A DNA stretch of 64,000 bases from Planctomycetota bacterium. GTDB taxonomy: Bacteria; Planctomycetota; UBA8108; JACQVS01. The translations under genes were made by a program, and so were the position numbers. This document shows, in pieces, positions 40,861-51,353 of this stretch. The stretch's first letter is position 1. The number at the start of each line of letters is the position of its first letter. The notes under the pieces are model-generated. The model worked only from the letters and a program-made list of their open reading frames with translations, ran no database searches and was not told the origin of the DNA. The DNA lies in the NCBI GenBank assembly GCA_028280485.1, contig JANQLS010000062.1:5899-69898 (forward strand), in the 5' to 3' direction.

Positions 40861-40906
40861 TATTTCGAAGAAGATTGAAGATTGAATTTCAGAGGAGTGA
40901 GCTCTC

Positions 40907-43900
40907 ATGATTGAGACTCGAAGAACCCATACGCTTAAAAATCCCTGGTTTCACATTTCTCTACTCTTTTTAACTTTTAATGTGATTACCGCTGGAATTT
41001 GGCTTTGGCAATCCCGTCAAAGACAACCCACCCGATTGATTCGGGCTCAACCGGAACGTCTCGATTCTCTTTTCGATCCTCTCATCCTTTCATTCGATCG
41101 AGATCTCATCGCTCCCGATGGCCAGGGAGATCTTCCTTCGATCGATCAATTTGATATCAGTCCTCAAGCGGACCTTCATTTCAATTGGAAATCACCTCGC
41201 ACCTTAGAGGTTCGAGCCAAAGATGGTTTTCAAAAAGCCCACGAGTATCGCCTGAAACTCAAAGATAATTTCCTCGACCGCGACGGATACCCTCTTCAGG
41301 AAGGCCAATCGGTCACCTTTAGAACTCCCGAATTGCATTGGTTAGGCTTACGCCAAATCGCCTATTCCAAAAACCACCAATTAACTCTCGCTCTCAAGTT
41401 TGATGACCGCATCAACTTAGAAAAACTCGACACTCTCCTCGATTTCTCCAACTCGGAGGGCCAATCCCTCGAAGCTAAGCGCCTGAGTCGTCAACTCATT
41501 CCGGTGAACACGCCCTCACGGGCGTATCAGCCCCAAGACCGGGGATCTCACTACGAAGCTCATTACCGCTTGAATGCTCAATTTCAAAAGCAAATCTTCG
41601 TGAACCTTGCTCCGGGCCTCGTAGGTGTCTCTGGCCCCTTGGGTATCTATCATGAACAAAAGAAAGTCCTCAACATCACCTCCGGGCTCTCCCTGAGAAG
41701 ATACTACACCTACAGCGAAGGGCCGAACGAGGGAAGCCTCCGCTTAAACTTTGGAATGAGGATCGACCCCGAACAAGCCAAGCCCTTCTTCAGCTTTGAC
41801 CCACCCGTAAAGTTCAGCTTGAATTCAGAGTATTCCTACTTGAAGGTTCGGGGAAATTTCCAACCCGGGAAACGCTATCTATTGAAAATCGCTCCCGGGC
41901 TCCAAGGTACGAACGGCCGCTTTTTAGCTTCCCAAATTGAGCGTACTCTAGATATGCCCAATCTCTCTTCTACATTCAGTTTAGTCGGAGAAGGAAAGTA
42001 CTTAGTCACCGACAGTCCGCGAGAGTTGATGCTGAGGACGATCAATACCGAAAAACTTAAAATCAAAGTTCAAAAGATCTTCCCCAACAATATTCTTCAG
42101 ATGCTGCAACACCACAGCCCTGTGGGGTACACGGTGGGGAAAGACCATACAGTAGAGATCGCCAATCAACCGAACAAAGAAGTTTTCACTCGCGTTCGAC
42201 TCGATGATCTCCTCGGCGACGATCATTTTGGTCCTTACCAACTCAGCATCAAAGATCCCAGCCGATACTGGTCTGAGGAAGACCACGTCTTAACCCTAAG
42301 TCAGTTGGGAATCCACAGCCGCCTCTACCATGATGAACTTCTAGTTTGGGTCAACGACCTCGTCAGCGCACAGCCCAAAGAGGCTGTTAAAATCACGGTT
42401 ATCTCAAATCGCAATCAAATCCTAAGTGAGGGTTGGACGGACTCGACGGGGCTCTTAAAGGTAGCCGTCGACCGCGAAGGTTTCAGTAAACAAGGAAAAC
42501 CTCTTTTAATAACGGCTGAGTACGAAAACGATATGACTTACCTCTCTCTCACCGAAGGTAAGCTCTCAACTCAAGACCTCGATCTGTCGGGCAATCCCTA
42601 TCCTCAACAATCTTATGAAGCCTTTGTCTACACAGAAAGAAACGTCATCCGCCCCGGTGAAAAACTCCACCTACGAGGTCTCGTACGTGACACCTTAGGT
42701 CGAGTGGCACCTCGAGGGATGCCCTTAGAGTGGGAAATCTCCCGCCCCGATTCCCAAACTCTCCCCGTTATCACCAAAGAAGTCTCAGAATTTGGGACAA
42801 CCGAATTTCAGTTAAAAACAGAATCTTTCTTTCCCACCGGAAAGTACCGGGCCCGACTCAAAATCCCCGATGAAAATAAGACAGTCGTCTTAGGCTCCAC
42901 TTCCTTTCGAGTGGAAGAATACCTACCGGTGACTCTCAAAGTCGATTTGGAATTAGAAGACCAAGCCTACTCTCCCGGTGACACAATCACCCTGAAGGTC
43001 CGAGGTGAGCATCTCTTTGGGGGAGCCGCCAAAGGCCTAAAAGCGAAGGCGAAGTTTAAGTACTTAAGTCGCAAAAAAGTCTTTAAAGGGTACGAAGGAG
43101 TTCGCTTCAGTAGCTTCAACCTCAGTCCACCCAACGCTCCGATCCCACTGGACGCACTCACTCTCGACGAGGATGGTCGAGGTGAATTTAAGTTCCAGCT
43201 TCCTTCGGAACTCAAAGCTCACGCCGCTCTTGAGGGTTTATTTACGGTCGAAGTGTTCGAAGTGAGTGGTCGCGCGATCACACGCCATCAGAAATGCAAA
43301 ATTGATCCCAGCCCTTGGTATTTAGGGGTTCGGAGAATCGATACCCAAAAACTCCCAGAAGTCTACTCCTTCGACTGCTTAGCTCTAAGGGCCGACCTCC
43401 AAGCCATCACACGAAACCTCCAAGCTGAAGCCCAGCTTTTCAAAGTAACCTGGAATCATAAGCTCGAAGAAAGTTCCGGCCGATACCGTTGGATCAGTGA
43501 AAAAGTTGAAGAGAAAGTTTCCAAAGAAACGATTCCATTGACCGACGGGCAACGATCGATCGACTTTAAATTAACTTCTACCGGCGAATACCGCTTGGAG
43601 CTTCGCGCCATCGATCCTGAACTCAATTGGCCCCTTCAAGTGAGTCACACCTTCCATACATTCGGTCACTCCCATCAACGAAGTGGCTCCTTAGAAATCC
43701 CGAGTCGCATCACCCTGACCCCCGATAAAAAAACCTACGCCAGTGGGGAGACGGTTAAGCTATCGATCGAGTCACCTTATACCGGCGAAGCCTTACTGAC
43801 CTTTGAATCGAACAAACTCCACGAAACTCGACAATTTCAACTCAATTATTCTTCGAGTGTCATCGAGTTCCCATTTCCAAAAGAGATGATCCCTCATGGT

Positions 43901-46831
43901 TATGTCACCCTGACCGTACTTCGAGGTAAATCTCCAGTTAAAAGTTCGGAGGATCCATCCCTCGACTCACCGCAACAGGCCGAGGCGAATAACTTAAATC
44001 TCGGAATCCCATTACGGGCCTACGGCGCGGTCGCCTTAGAACGATCTAAAGAAGAACGACAGACGAGTATCGACTTAGAAGTTTCAGACCTCGTTCAACC
44101 AGGTAAAACTTTAGACGTCCGCCTTCAACTTAAAGACCACAGTGGAGAAGCCGTCGATGGTGAAGTGGCCATCGCCTTTGTCGATGCCGGAATTTTAGCC
44201 CTCACTCCCTTCGAACTTCCGGATCCCTCCGCTCATTTCAATCAAAAGCGAGCTCTCAAAACTCGAGTTCACGATCTCTACGAACAGATCATCGCCGACC
44301 CTGAGGCTTTTTTAGCGCGCGCCGACGCCACTCCCGGTGGGGGAAGCTTTGGATCGTCCCGTTACCTCAACCCGATTCAAGCCACCCGAGTCCGCTCCGT
44401 ATCCCTATGGAAGAGCGGACTCATCGCCGATGCCCAAGGCCAGATTCAAACGAGCATCCAAGCCCCCGATTTCGACGGGGAACTCGTACTGATCGCTGTT
44501 CATTCAGGAACGAAATCGACGGGTGCGACTCAAAAATCGATTAAGGTGAGGCGACCCATCATCATTCAACCCAGTTGGCCGCGATTTTTAGCTCCGGGAG
44601 ATGCCTTCGAAGTGCCGGTGACGGTTCACAATCGATCTCCCTTAGAAGTTGAGGGTCAGGTGCACCTTGAATTAAATACCCACCTAAAACTACGCTCAGC
44701 TTCAAAGAGCTTTTACCCGCTTCGTTTAAAGCCAGAGGCTTCCAAAATCTTACGGTTCCAATTGGTTGGTACTCAGTCGGGGGTGGCTCAAGCCAAAGTC
44801 ATCGCCCGGCTGTCTCCACTGTCAACCTCGAGGACCTCTTCAGCTCATACAAATCAAGATTCTGAATCGTCCGCTTCTATAAAAGAAGGTCCTGAAAATA
44901 ACAAGTCCTTCGATTTAAGTTCGCTGGATCAGCCCATTGTTAAATCCATCGAATTTCCCCTCCGTCCTACCGCGAACCGTGAACTTCAAAGCGAGGTGAG
45001 AATCGTTAAGGATCGAGAGAATTCTGAGTTTCAGATCGATAAAAGTTATCTTTCCTCGACGGTCGAAACGGAGTTGGTTCTCTCATCTTCCTTACTCCCA
45101 TCGATCGAAGGCAGTATGAGTTACCTTTTAAGGTATCCTTACGGTTGTGTCGAACAAACCTCCAGCCGTTTATTACCGTGGATCGTTTTAAAACAATATT
45201 TAGATTCAGGGAATACGGTAGCTAAAACGGAAACAGAAATCGAAGAACACCTTCACCACGGTGTGGAACGCCTGTTCAGCATGCAGACCTCAAGTGGAGG
45301 ACTGGCCTACTGGCCAGGGCAACGCAGAGCTTCAAATTTCGGGAGTATTTATGCTGCGTCCGTACTCCTTGAAATTGAAGAAGCTGGATTCCCTGTGGGT
45401 AAAGAACGGCTCGATAAGCTTTATAAGTTCTTGGAGAAAATCGTCCTCAACCCTAAAAGTCCCAAGAACTCTACCTTCAAACACATCGGTACACTCAAGG
45501 CTTTTGCCCTAGAAGTTTTAGCTCGTAAGGGAAAGGCAAAAGACCACTGGATTCAAAACCTTCTAGAAAGAGAAGAGGAACTCCCCTTAGAAGCGCGATG
45601 CAAACTGCAAATCGCAAAACTCCTCAATGGGATCCAGTCAGAAAATCAAAAGAGCTCAGAAATGCTTTCTGAAAATCCCTTCAATGCCGAGCCAAAAGAA
45701 AATTCAAATTCAGACCAGCGAGAACGAGAATTGTCGGGAACTCTCTACAGTCAAACTCGCGAACTCTCGATCTTGCTGGGAACTCTATGCGATCTCGGGC
45801 GCCCCGCGAATCAAATATTGCCCTTGATCCACCGATTATTAAAAAACCAGAAGAAAGGGCGTTATCGCTCGACTCAAGAAGATGCCTTCGCCCTGTTGGC
45901 GATAGCCAAAGCCTCGCGGAGATTCCCAGCCCCGTCCAATGATCAAAACGTCATCCTTAAAATAAAATCAGAGGATGGTGCCATCACCGAAGAAAACATC
46001 ACCGTCGGTAAAGGAAGAACCATCATCCGCTGGCCTCTAAAGGAGCGACATCGCCTCTCACCTGGGGCAACCCTCTCCATTCAACCTCAGGAAGGTGAAG
46101 TCGTTTACGCTTTCTGGAAAGCCAGTGGCATCCCCGATCATTCGGGCGCGTTACATTCCGATGGATTGCAACTTTCAAAGGCAGGAACTTCGAAGCGAGC
46201 TCAGCCCAGCCCTGCGATTCAAAACCAGAAAGATTCAAAATCGGGAGCTAAGAAAGCTTCGTTCACTCAACCCTTAGCCAATCAAGAAAACTCCGATGGA
46301 AGCCCCGACTTTCAACCGACTCAAAGCAATTTAGATGAATTGACAGCAGAGAGGTCGGATACGGAATTAATGAATACTGAGATCAAGGATTCTGGGATTG
46401 TCGATCAAGGGCTCAAGATCCGCAGGGCCTACTTCGACCGAAATTTAAGCCCGATCAAGTCCTTTAAGAACTTGACTCAAGGCCAATCCTTGATCGTTCA
46501 ACTCACCCTGAATTGCACCCAGGCCACCGATAACGTAGTGATCGTCGACAAACTCCCAGCGGGATTCGAGATTGAGAATCCCGCCTTCAAAACTTCTGAC
46601 GGTCACTCTCAAGGCAGCAGAAACATGCGAGTCTTCAGAAAGGAAGTTCGTGATGATCGACTGATCATCTTTGCTCATCCCCGAGCAGGTGAATCGACGT
46701 TCAAATACGTAGCGCGCGCCGTAACGGTTGGGGAATTCAACCTGCCTCGTACCGAAGCTGAATGTATGTACGATTCAGAGTTACGAAGCTCTGGCCCATT
46801 AAAGGGTAAAATTAAAATTTCCCAACCCTAA
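40907..46831 (+). CDS. bacterial alpha-2-macroglobulin family protein
   Basis: N-terminal anchor, FVYTERNVIRPGE, FRVEEY, WPRFLAPGD, thioester motif YPYGCVEQ, VDKLPAGFEIEN, EVRDDR, AECMY; AGGAG SD; precedes pbpC as in yfhM-pbpC operons. Confidence 0.95.
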   Translation: MIETRRTHTLKNPWFHISLLFLTFNVITAGIWLWQSRQRQPTRLIRAQPERLDSLFDPLILSFDRDLIAPDGQGDLPSIDQFDISPQADLHFNWKSPRTLEVRAKDGFQKAHEYRLKLKDNFLDRDGYPLQEGQSVTFRTPELHWLGLRQIAYSKNHQLTLALKFDDRINLEKLDTLLDFSNSEGQSLEAKRLSRQLIPVNTPSRAYQPQDRGSHYEAHYRLNAQFQKQIFVNLAPGLVGVSGPLGIYHEQKKVLNITSGLSLRRYYTYSEGPNEGSLRLNFGMRIDPEQAKPFFSFDPPVKFSLNSEYSYLKVRGNFQPGKRYLLKIAPGLQGTNGRFLASQIERTLDMPNLSSTFSLVGEGKYLVTDSPRELMLRTINTEKLKIKVQKIFPNNILQMLQHHSPVGYTVGKDHTVEIANQPNKEVFTRVRLDDLLGDDHFGPYQLSIKDPSRYWSEEDHVLTLSQLGIHSRLYHDELLVWVNDLVSAQPKEAVKITVISNRNQILSEGWTDSTGLLKVAVDREGFSKQGKPLLITAEYENDMTYLSLTEGKLSTQDLDLSGNPYPQQSYEAFVYTERNVIRPGEKLHLRGLVRDTLGRVAPRGMPLEWEISRPDSQTLPVITKEVSEFGTTEFQLKTESFFPTGKYRARLKIPDENKTVVLGSTSFRVEEYLPVTLKVDLELEDQAYSPGDTITLKVRGEHLFGGAAKGLKAKAKFKYLSRKKVFKGYEGVRFSSFNLSPPNAPIPLDALTLDEDGRGEFKFQLPSELKAHAALEGLFTVEVFEVSGRAITRHQKCKIDPSPWYLGVRRIDTQKLPEVYSFDCLALRADLQAITRNLQAEAQLFKVTWNHKLEESSGRYRWISEKVEEKVSKETIPLTDGQRSIDFKLTSTGEYRLELRAIDPELNWPLQVSHTFHTFGHSHQRSGSLEIPSRITLTPDKKTYASGETVKLSIESPYTGEALLTFESNKLHETRQFQLNYSSSVIEFPFPKEMIPHGYVTLTVLRGKSPVKSSEDPSLDSPQQAEANNLNLGIPLRAYGAVALERSKEERQTSIDLEVSDLVQPGKTLDVRLQLKDHSGEAVDGEVAIAFVDAGILALTPFELPDPSAHFNQKRALKTRVHDLYEQIIADPEAFLARADATPGGGSFGSSRYLNPIQATRVRSVSLWKSGLIADAQGQIQTSIQAPDFDGELVLIAVHSGTKSTGATQKSIKVRRPIIIQPSWPRFLAPGDAFEVPVTVHNRSPLEVEGQVHLELNTHLKLRSASKSFYPLRLKPEASKILRFQLVGTQSGVAQAKVIARLSPLSTSRTSSAHTNQDSESSASIKEGPENNKSFDLSSLDQPIVKSIEFPLRPTANRELQSEVRIVKDRENSEFQIDKSYLSSTVETELVLSSSLLPSIEGSMSYLLRYPYGCVEQTSSRLLPWIVLKQYLDSGNTVAKTETEIEEHLHHGVERLFSMQTSSGGLAYWPGQRRASNFGSIYAASVLLEIEEAGFPVGKERLDKLYKFLEKIVLNPKSPKNSTFKHIGTLKAFALEVLARKGKAKDHWIQNLLEREEELPLEARCKLQIAKLLNGIQSENQKSSEMLSENPFNAEPKENSNSDQRERELSGTLYSQTRELSILLGTLCDLGRPANQILPLIHRLLKNQKKGRYRSTQEDAFALLAIAKASRRFPAPSNDQNVILKIKSEDGAITEENITVGKGRTIIRWPLKERHRLSPGATLSIQPQEGEVVYAFWKASGIPDHSGALHSDGLQLSKAGTSKRAQPSPAIQNQKDSKSGAKKASFTQPLANQENSDGSPDFQPTQSNLDELTAERSDTELMNTEIKDSGIVDQGLKIRRAYFDRNLSPIKSFKNLTQGQSLIVQLTLNCTQATDNVVIVDKLPAGFEIENPAFKTSDGHSQGSRNMRVFRKEVRDDRLIIFAHPRAGESTFKYVARAVTVGEFNLPRTEAECMYDSELRSSGPLKGKIKISQP

Positions 46832-46854
46832 AACCTCTGATCGACTGTTCTGAA

Positions 46855-49134
46855 ATGATCGAAGTATTGAATAGATTTAAGTTCCGCAAGAACTCAAAGA
46901 CTAAGAAGATCTCTATCTATTCCTCCGATCCCACACCCCCTCCAATCCCCAGCTCAAGATCTTCTCTTCCCGGAAGATTTCTCCGCCTGAGCTCGAGGGG
47001 GTGTGGCTTTTTACTAATTGTTTTCGTTTCACTTTTCATCATCGAATGGATTCGGCTACCAGATCTCAATCAGCTTTTAAGGTCCAAATCCAGCTCCCTC
47101 ATCATCACCGATCGCTGGGGAGAATTTATCGATTTAACTCTTACCCCAGATGATCGCTTAGCGATGTGGGTCTCTCTCGAGGAGATCCATCCTAAAGTTA
47201 TAGAGGCCACCCTCACCGCAGAAGACCAACGGTTTTACGATCATGGAGGAGTCGATCTCCAAGCCGTCAGTCGAGCGGCTTACGACAACCTCAGCAACCA
47301 ACGGATTATCAGCGGCGCTTCAACGGTCACCATGCAGCTCGCAAGACTCTTGCGACCTCTCCCCAGAAGTTTCTACGGAAAGTTCCGCGAGATGGTTTTA
47401 GCCCTTCATATCGAAAACAATTGGGATAAAGAAACGATCTTAGAGTATTACCTCAACTTCGCACCTTACGGGGGAAATGTCTACGGAGTGGAAGCTGCCT
47501 CGAGAAGGTACTTCGGAAAGTCAGCCAAGGAACTCACATTGAGCGAAGCCGCTTTAATTTCAGGGCTTCCTCAATCTCCCTCGCGCTTGAGGCCGGATCG
47601 GTATCCTCAGGCCGCGAAGAAACGAAGAGATTGGATTCTCATGCGTTTGTACGAACTCAAGAAAGTGACTCAAGCTCAGTACGAACGATCCCTTCAAAGA
47701 GAGGTCAGACCTCGATTTCACTCAATTGATAAAACGGCTCCCCATTTTTCACGTTGGTTAGCCTCGAAGATGCCCAGGATTTCGAATCAAGCTAATATTC
47801 ACTCCACGCTCGATCCAGACCTACAAACATTAGCTCAATCCGTGTTGAGCGAGGAACTGGAGCGCATGTCATCCGACGGGATTCAAAACACAGCCTTGAT
47901 CTTAGCTGAAACTCAATCGGGAAAAATCAGAGCTTGGATTGGTTCTCAAGATTTTAACGACCCTGAAGCCGGCCAAGTGGACGGAGCCATCAGTGAACGA
48001 TCACCCGGCTCCCTTCTTAAACCTTTCCTCTTTACCCTCGCCTTTGAAAAAAATTGGATTGATGAGAACACCTTACTCGATGATTCCCCGCGTTATTATC
48101 GCGACGGTTACCGACCCGAAAATTTTTCCCGCTCCTTTAAAGGAAAAGTGACTGCGAGCGAGGCACTTAGAGATTCCCTCAATATCCCTACCTTAGATCT
48201 GTTGAAGTCGATGGGGCTCGGAGAGGTGATCGAAAAGCTAAAAGACTCCGGCTTGGTCAGTTTAAGAAAGAATGCTCAACTCAGTGGGTTGACTTTGGGA
48301 TTAGGCGGAGTGGATGTCACTCTCTATGAACTGATGGAAGCCTACCGTACTTTAGGGAATGGGGGAGTTTACTCTCCCTTAGTCGCTACCGAATCTTCGC
48401 TACAAAAATCTACTCATGACAGTAGAACCCAGAGCAAGTCGAGAATCACTCTAAGCCCTAATCATCGCGTGTTTTCTCAGGAGGCGGTAGAAAAAGTGAC
48501 GAGCATCCTTCAAGAGGTGGGTTTCAGCACGCAAGAGAGGCTCGCCCCGTTAAAGCTACCGGATTTAGCTATCAAAACGGGAACTAGCTTCGGCTTACGG
48601 GATGCCTGGGCTGTCGGCTACAATCAAGATTGGACGATCGGAGTTTGGCTTGGAAATTTTGACGGCTCGGCTTCTAAAGAATTAGTGGGAAGAAAAGCCG
48701 CCGTGCCCTCAATTCTCTCTCTATTCAGATTGCTCCCAGAATTAAACTCCAAAAGATCAAGCACTCCATCAAATCTTGCGTCGACCTCGAAGGACAACCA
48801 ATCCTTAAATCTTAATTCCTTAACTACACCCAAAGCTCCTTATTTCTCCCCAAAAGAATCCTTTAACAACCCTTCAACTCCCTCGATTCAGTGGGTGACG
48901 CCTCCCCATCGAGCCACCATCCTTCACACTCAGCGAGAAGGCGGCGACAAGCTCATCCTTCGGGGAACTTCTTCCATTCCTGAAATCAAATTAAATTGGT
49001 TCATCGATGGGAGTTACCAAGGGCAAACTCGCTCCGGCGAAAACCTCAGCTGGCTCTTAAAATCTGGCGCCCACACCATCACTCTTTCAACAAACACTGG
49101 GCACACCGAAACTCGCACCATTTTTGTTAAATAA
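46855..49134 (+). CDS. pbpC: penicillin-binding protein 1C
   Basis: Transglycosylase EDQRFYDHGGVD, SGASTVTMQLAR, APYGGNVYG; transpeptidase SPGSLLKPF, SLN, KTGTS; C-terminal Ig-like domain. Confidence 0.95.
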   Translation: MIEVLNRFKFRKNSKTKKISIYSSDPTPPPIPSSRSSLPGRFLRLSSRGCGFLLIVFVSLFIIEWIRLPDLNQLLRSKSSSLIITDRWGEFIDLTLTPDDRLAMWVSLEEIHPKVIEATLTAEDQRFYDHGGVDLQAVSRAAYDNLSNQRIISGASTVTMQLARLLRPLPRSFYGKFREMVLALHIENNWDKETILEYYLNFAPYGGNVYGVEAASRRYFGKSAKELTLSEAALISGLPQSPSRLRPDRYPQAAKKRRDWILMRLYELKKVTQAQYERSLQREVRPRFHSIDKTAPHFSRWLASKMPRISNQANIHSTLDPDLQTLAQSVLSEELERMSSDGIQNTALILAETQSGKIRAWIGSQDFNDPEAGQVDGAISERSPGSLLKPFLFTLAFEKNWIDENTLLDDSPRYYRDGYRPENFSRSFKGKVTASEALRDSLNIPTLDLLKSMGLGEVIEKLKDSGLVSLRKNAQLSGLTLGLGGVDVTLYELMEAYRTLGNGGVYSPLVATESSLQKSTHDSRTQSKSRITLSPNHRVFSQEAVEKVTSILQEVGFSTQERLAPLKLPDLAIKTGTSFGLRDAWAVGYNQDWTIGVWLGNFDGSASKELVGRKAAVPSILSLFRLLPELNSKRSSTPSNLASTSKDNQSLNLNSLTTPKAPYFSPKESFNNPSTPSIQWVTPPHRATILHTQREGGDKLILRGTSSIPEIKLNWFIDGSYQGQTRSGENLSWLLKSGAHTITLSTNTGHTETRTIFVK

Positions 49135-49426
49135 CTAATGTAGTCCACACGCAAAGTGGTCGGCTCAGAGCCCTCTGAGCCGATCCTGCATGAATTTCAA
49201 TTCTTATAAATGAACAATACTAAATCGGCTAAATAGCTCTTCGATGACTTTGAATGCCTCTTTGAATTTTATTTCCTACTCACTGGGCGAACCGACTACT
49301 TAGGCTGAAACTTTCAAAATAATATTGATTTTAAATACACGATTGATAACCCTGGTGCTGAATAAAAACAGGGGATTTCAATCTCCTATCCAGAGGCTTT
49401 ACATCGAATTCAATATATCTATTTCC

Positions 49427-51133
49427 ATGAAAAAAATTATCCTTGGAATATTCACATTAATGATCCTGGCCTTCGTTGGTTTATATTTCCTCCTACCTTA
49501 CATCAAAGGTGAGGCCAGGCTCTCAGCAACTCGAGAAGGGCGCGTGATTAAGGATTTCATGGAGGAAAAAATTGACTTTACTGATGCATACAAACAATTC
49601 TCAGCATGGGGAAATGAAGCTTTACCCAACTTAATCAATCTCTCCATCAAAGTGGAAAAGCCCGAACAGGCAGAAGCCATATCTTCAATGTTTAGCGCAA
49701 TTCAAACATTTGAGTGTTTGGAGGCGTACTTCAAAATGTATATCAAACGACATGAGATTCCGGTCAGGGAGATGTCCGATGATTTCAACCTATCTAATCA
49801 ACATTTCTCAAATGGACTATCAGCCGTAAAATATCAACTAGCTGAAAAAAGAAAGCAATTTACTGAAAGTCAGCTGAACAGGATCAAAAATTTATTGATC
49901 TCAGGCTTAGACCATCATTCTGAAGAAATAAGAGGGGAATGCCTTTATACCCTTGCTGAATTCAAAGATCCTGCAACCGTTAAAATTTTTATAGATTATT
50001 ACCATCGAAACCAAAAAAAGGATTCCTATGTCTATAGCGGTGTCCCCGACATCCTTGGGGATATCGGGGGAAATGAAGCTGAAAAATTCTTGTTAGATTT
50101 AGTCAACAAAAATGGCGATCGCCTGGATGATGATGCCATCGACGCCTTGGCTAAAACGGGTACTCCTCTAGCCATAAAAACGATCATTGATGGCTTAATT
50201 AACGAGCCCGATCAACGAAAACATTTAATGTGGTTAAGTGGCTTAGCTATCTCTGCTGATTCTAGCTGTGAGCTTCCTCTTCTAAATATAGCCAAAGATG
50301 TTAACCATCCCTACCGAGAATATGCCGTACAAGCACTAGGCAATTTAAAGAGCGAAGAATCCTTAAACACCATCATCGATTTTGGAATGACTGAATTAGA
50401 CTTAAATAAGGTTTACACTGATTTAGAAGATGCTTTAGAAGCTTTGATCAAGAGACCCGATCCTCGATCGATTCCCTTTTTAAAAGCCGTGCTCGAAAAA
50501 GAAAAAATTAAAGTTTCTCATAAAGAGATCGCGAATATTTCAAGGTATAAGTCTGAAAGTGAAAAGAAGAGAGAAATCAGAAAAATTCAAGATAGGTATG
50601 ATTTTTCGGATCAAAAGAAAAGAGACAAAGCTCTCATTGCTTTAGCTAAAATTGGAACACCAGAAACACTCAAGATCATTTTAAAAGGATATGTGGATCA
50701 TCCGCATCTCAATCCCAAAGATTTTCGTGTATCCGACTTCCCCTTACAATTCATCGATCTCAAATTGATTGTTGAAGAAGTTCAAACTCAAGTTCAAGAA
50801 CAGGAATATCCCAAGGGGTTAGCCGTTGCACTCCTTCTTTTCAATCTTCTTTACCTTGAAGATGCTTCAACCGATTATCTCACTTTAATCAAATCCTTAC
50901 TCCAAGCCCCAGACTGTGAATTATTTAAATATCACTCTTCCAATCAGGCCCATTTTTTAACGAAGTTCATTGTCGCCGAACCCGAAAACGCACTCCTTTT
51001 TATTCCATACCTCCCTAAGAGTCCCTATGGTTGGGCAAGGAATTTTTGGTCGACAGTGAGGCTCGAAAAAATCCCAGAAGAAGTTAAATCAAAAATCGAA
51101 AAGAAGCTACCTTTCAATACCCACCCGAAATAA
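49427..51133 (+). CDS. membrane-anchored HEAT-repeat protein (paralogue 1)
   Basis: MKKIILG plus TM segment; HEAT-like helices (LGDIGGNEAEKFL, AVQALGNLKS, ALAKIGTPE); ATG 49427 preferred over the ORF-track TTG at 49325. Confidence 0.8.
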   Translation: MKKIILGIFTLMILAFVGLYFLLPYIKGEARLSATREGRVIKDFMEEKIDFTDAYKQFSAWGNEALPNLINLSIKVEKPEQAEAISSMFSAIQTFECLEAYFKMYIKRHEIPVREMSDDFNLSNQHFSNGLSAVKYQLAEKRKQFTESQLNRIKNLLISGLDHHSEEIRGECLYTLAEFKDPATVKIFIDYYHRNQKKDSYVYSGVPDILGDIGGNEAEKFLLDLVNKNGDRLDDDAIDALAKTGTPLAIKTIIDGLINEPDQRKHLMWLSGLAISADSSCELPLLNIAKDVNHPYREYAVQALGNLKSEESLNTIIDFGMTELDLNKVYTDLEDALEALIKRPDPRSIPFLKAVLEKEKIKVSHKEIANISRYKSESEKKREIRKIQDRYDFSDQKKRDKALIALAKIGTPETLKIILKGYVDHPHLNPKDFRVSDFPLQFIDLKLIVEEVQTQVQEQEYPKGLAVALLLFNLLYLEDASTDYLTLIKSLLQAPDCELFKYHSSNQAHFLTKFIVAEPENALLFIPYLPKSPYGWARNFWSTVRLEKIPEEVKSKIEKKLPFNTHPK

Positions 51134-51159
51134 ATGCAGTCGAATCCAGCCGGCCTCCA

Positions 51160-51325
51160 TTTCAAGCCCGAAGTGTTAACGAGGGATATCTTCCTTATAC
51201 CCTCAATAGGCCAAATGCTTGAGGAGTGATTCATCGACGAGTTGGAAAAATGGATCGCACCACGATTCCAAGACGTTCTTCAATATTAGAGCGAAACGAG
51301 GCACTCGCTGACGCTGCATGCTTAA
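51160..51325. repeat. degenerate REP doublet, family A subtype
   Basis: TTTCAAGCCCGAAGTGTTAACGAGGG ... GGCACTCGCTGACGCTGCATGCTT. Confidence 0.7.
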
Positions 51326-51353
51326 AATCATTGTCTATAAGCGACAATACACT

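Noticed and set aside
40907..49134. Alpha-2-macroglobulin + PBP1C as a novel system
   Set aside because: This is a well-known conserved operon (yfhM-pbpC type); only its upstream leader is flagged.
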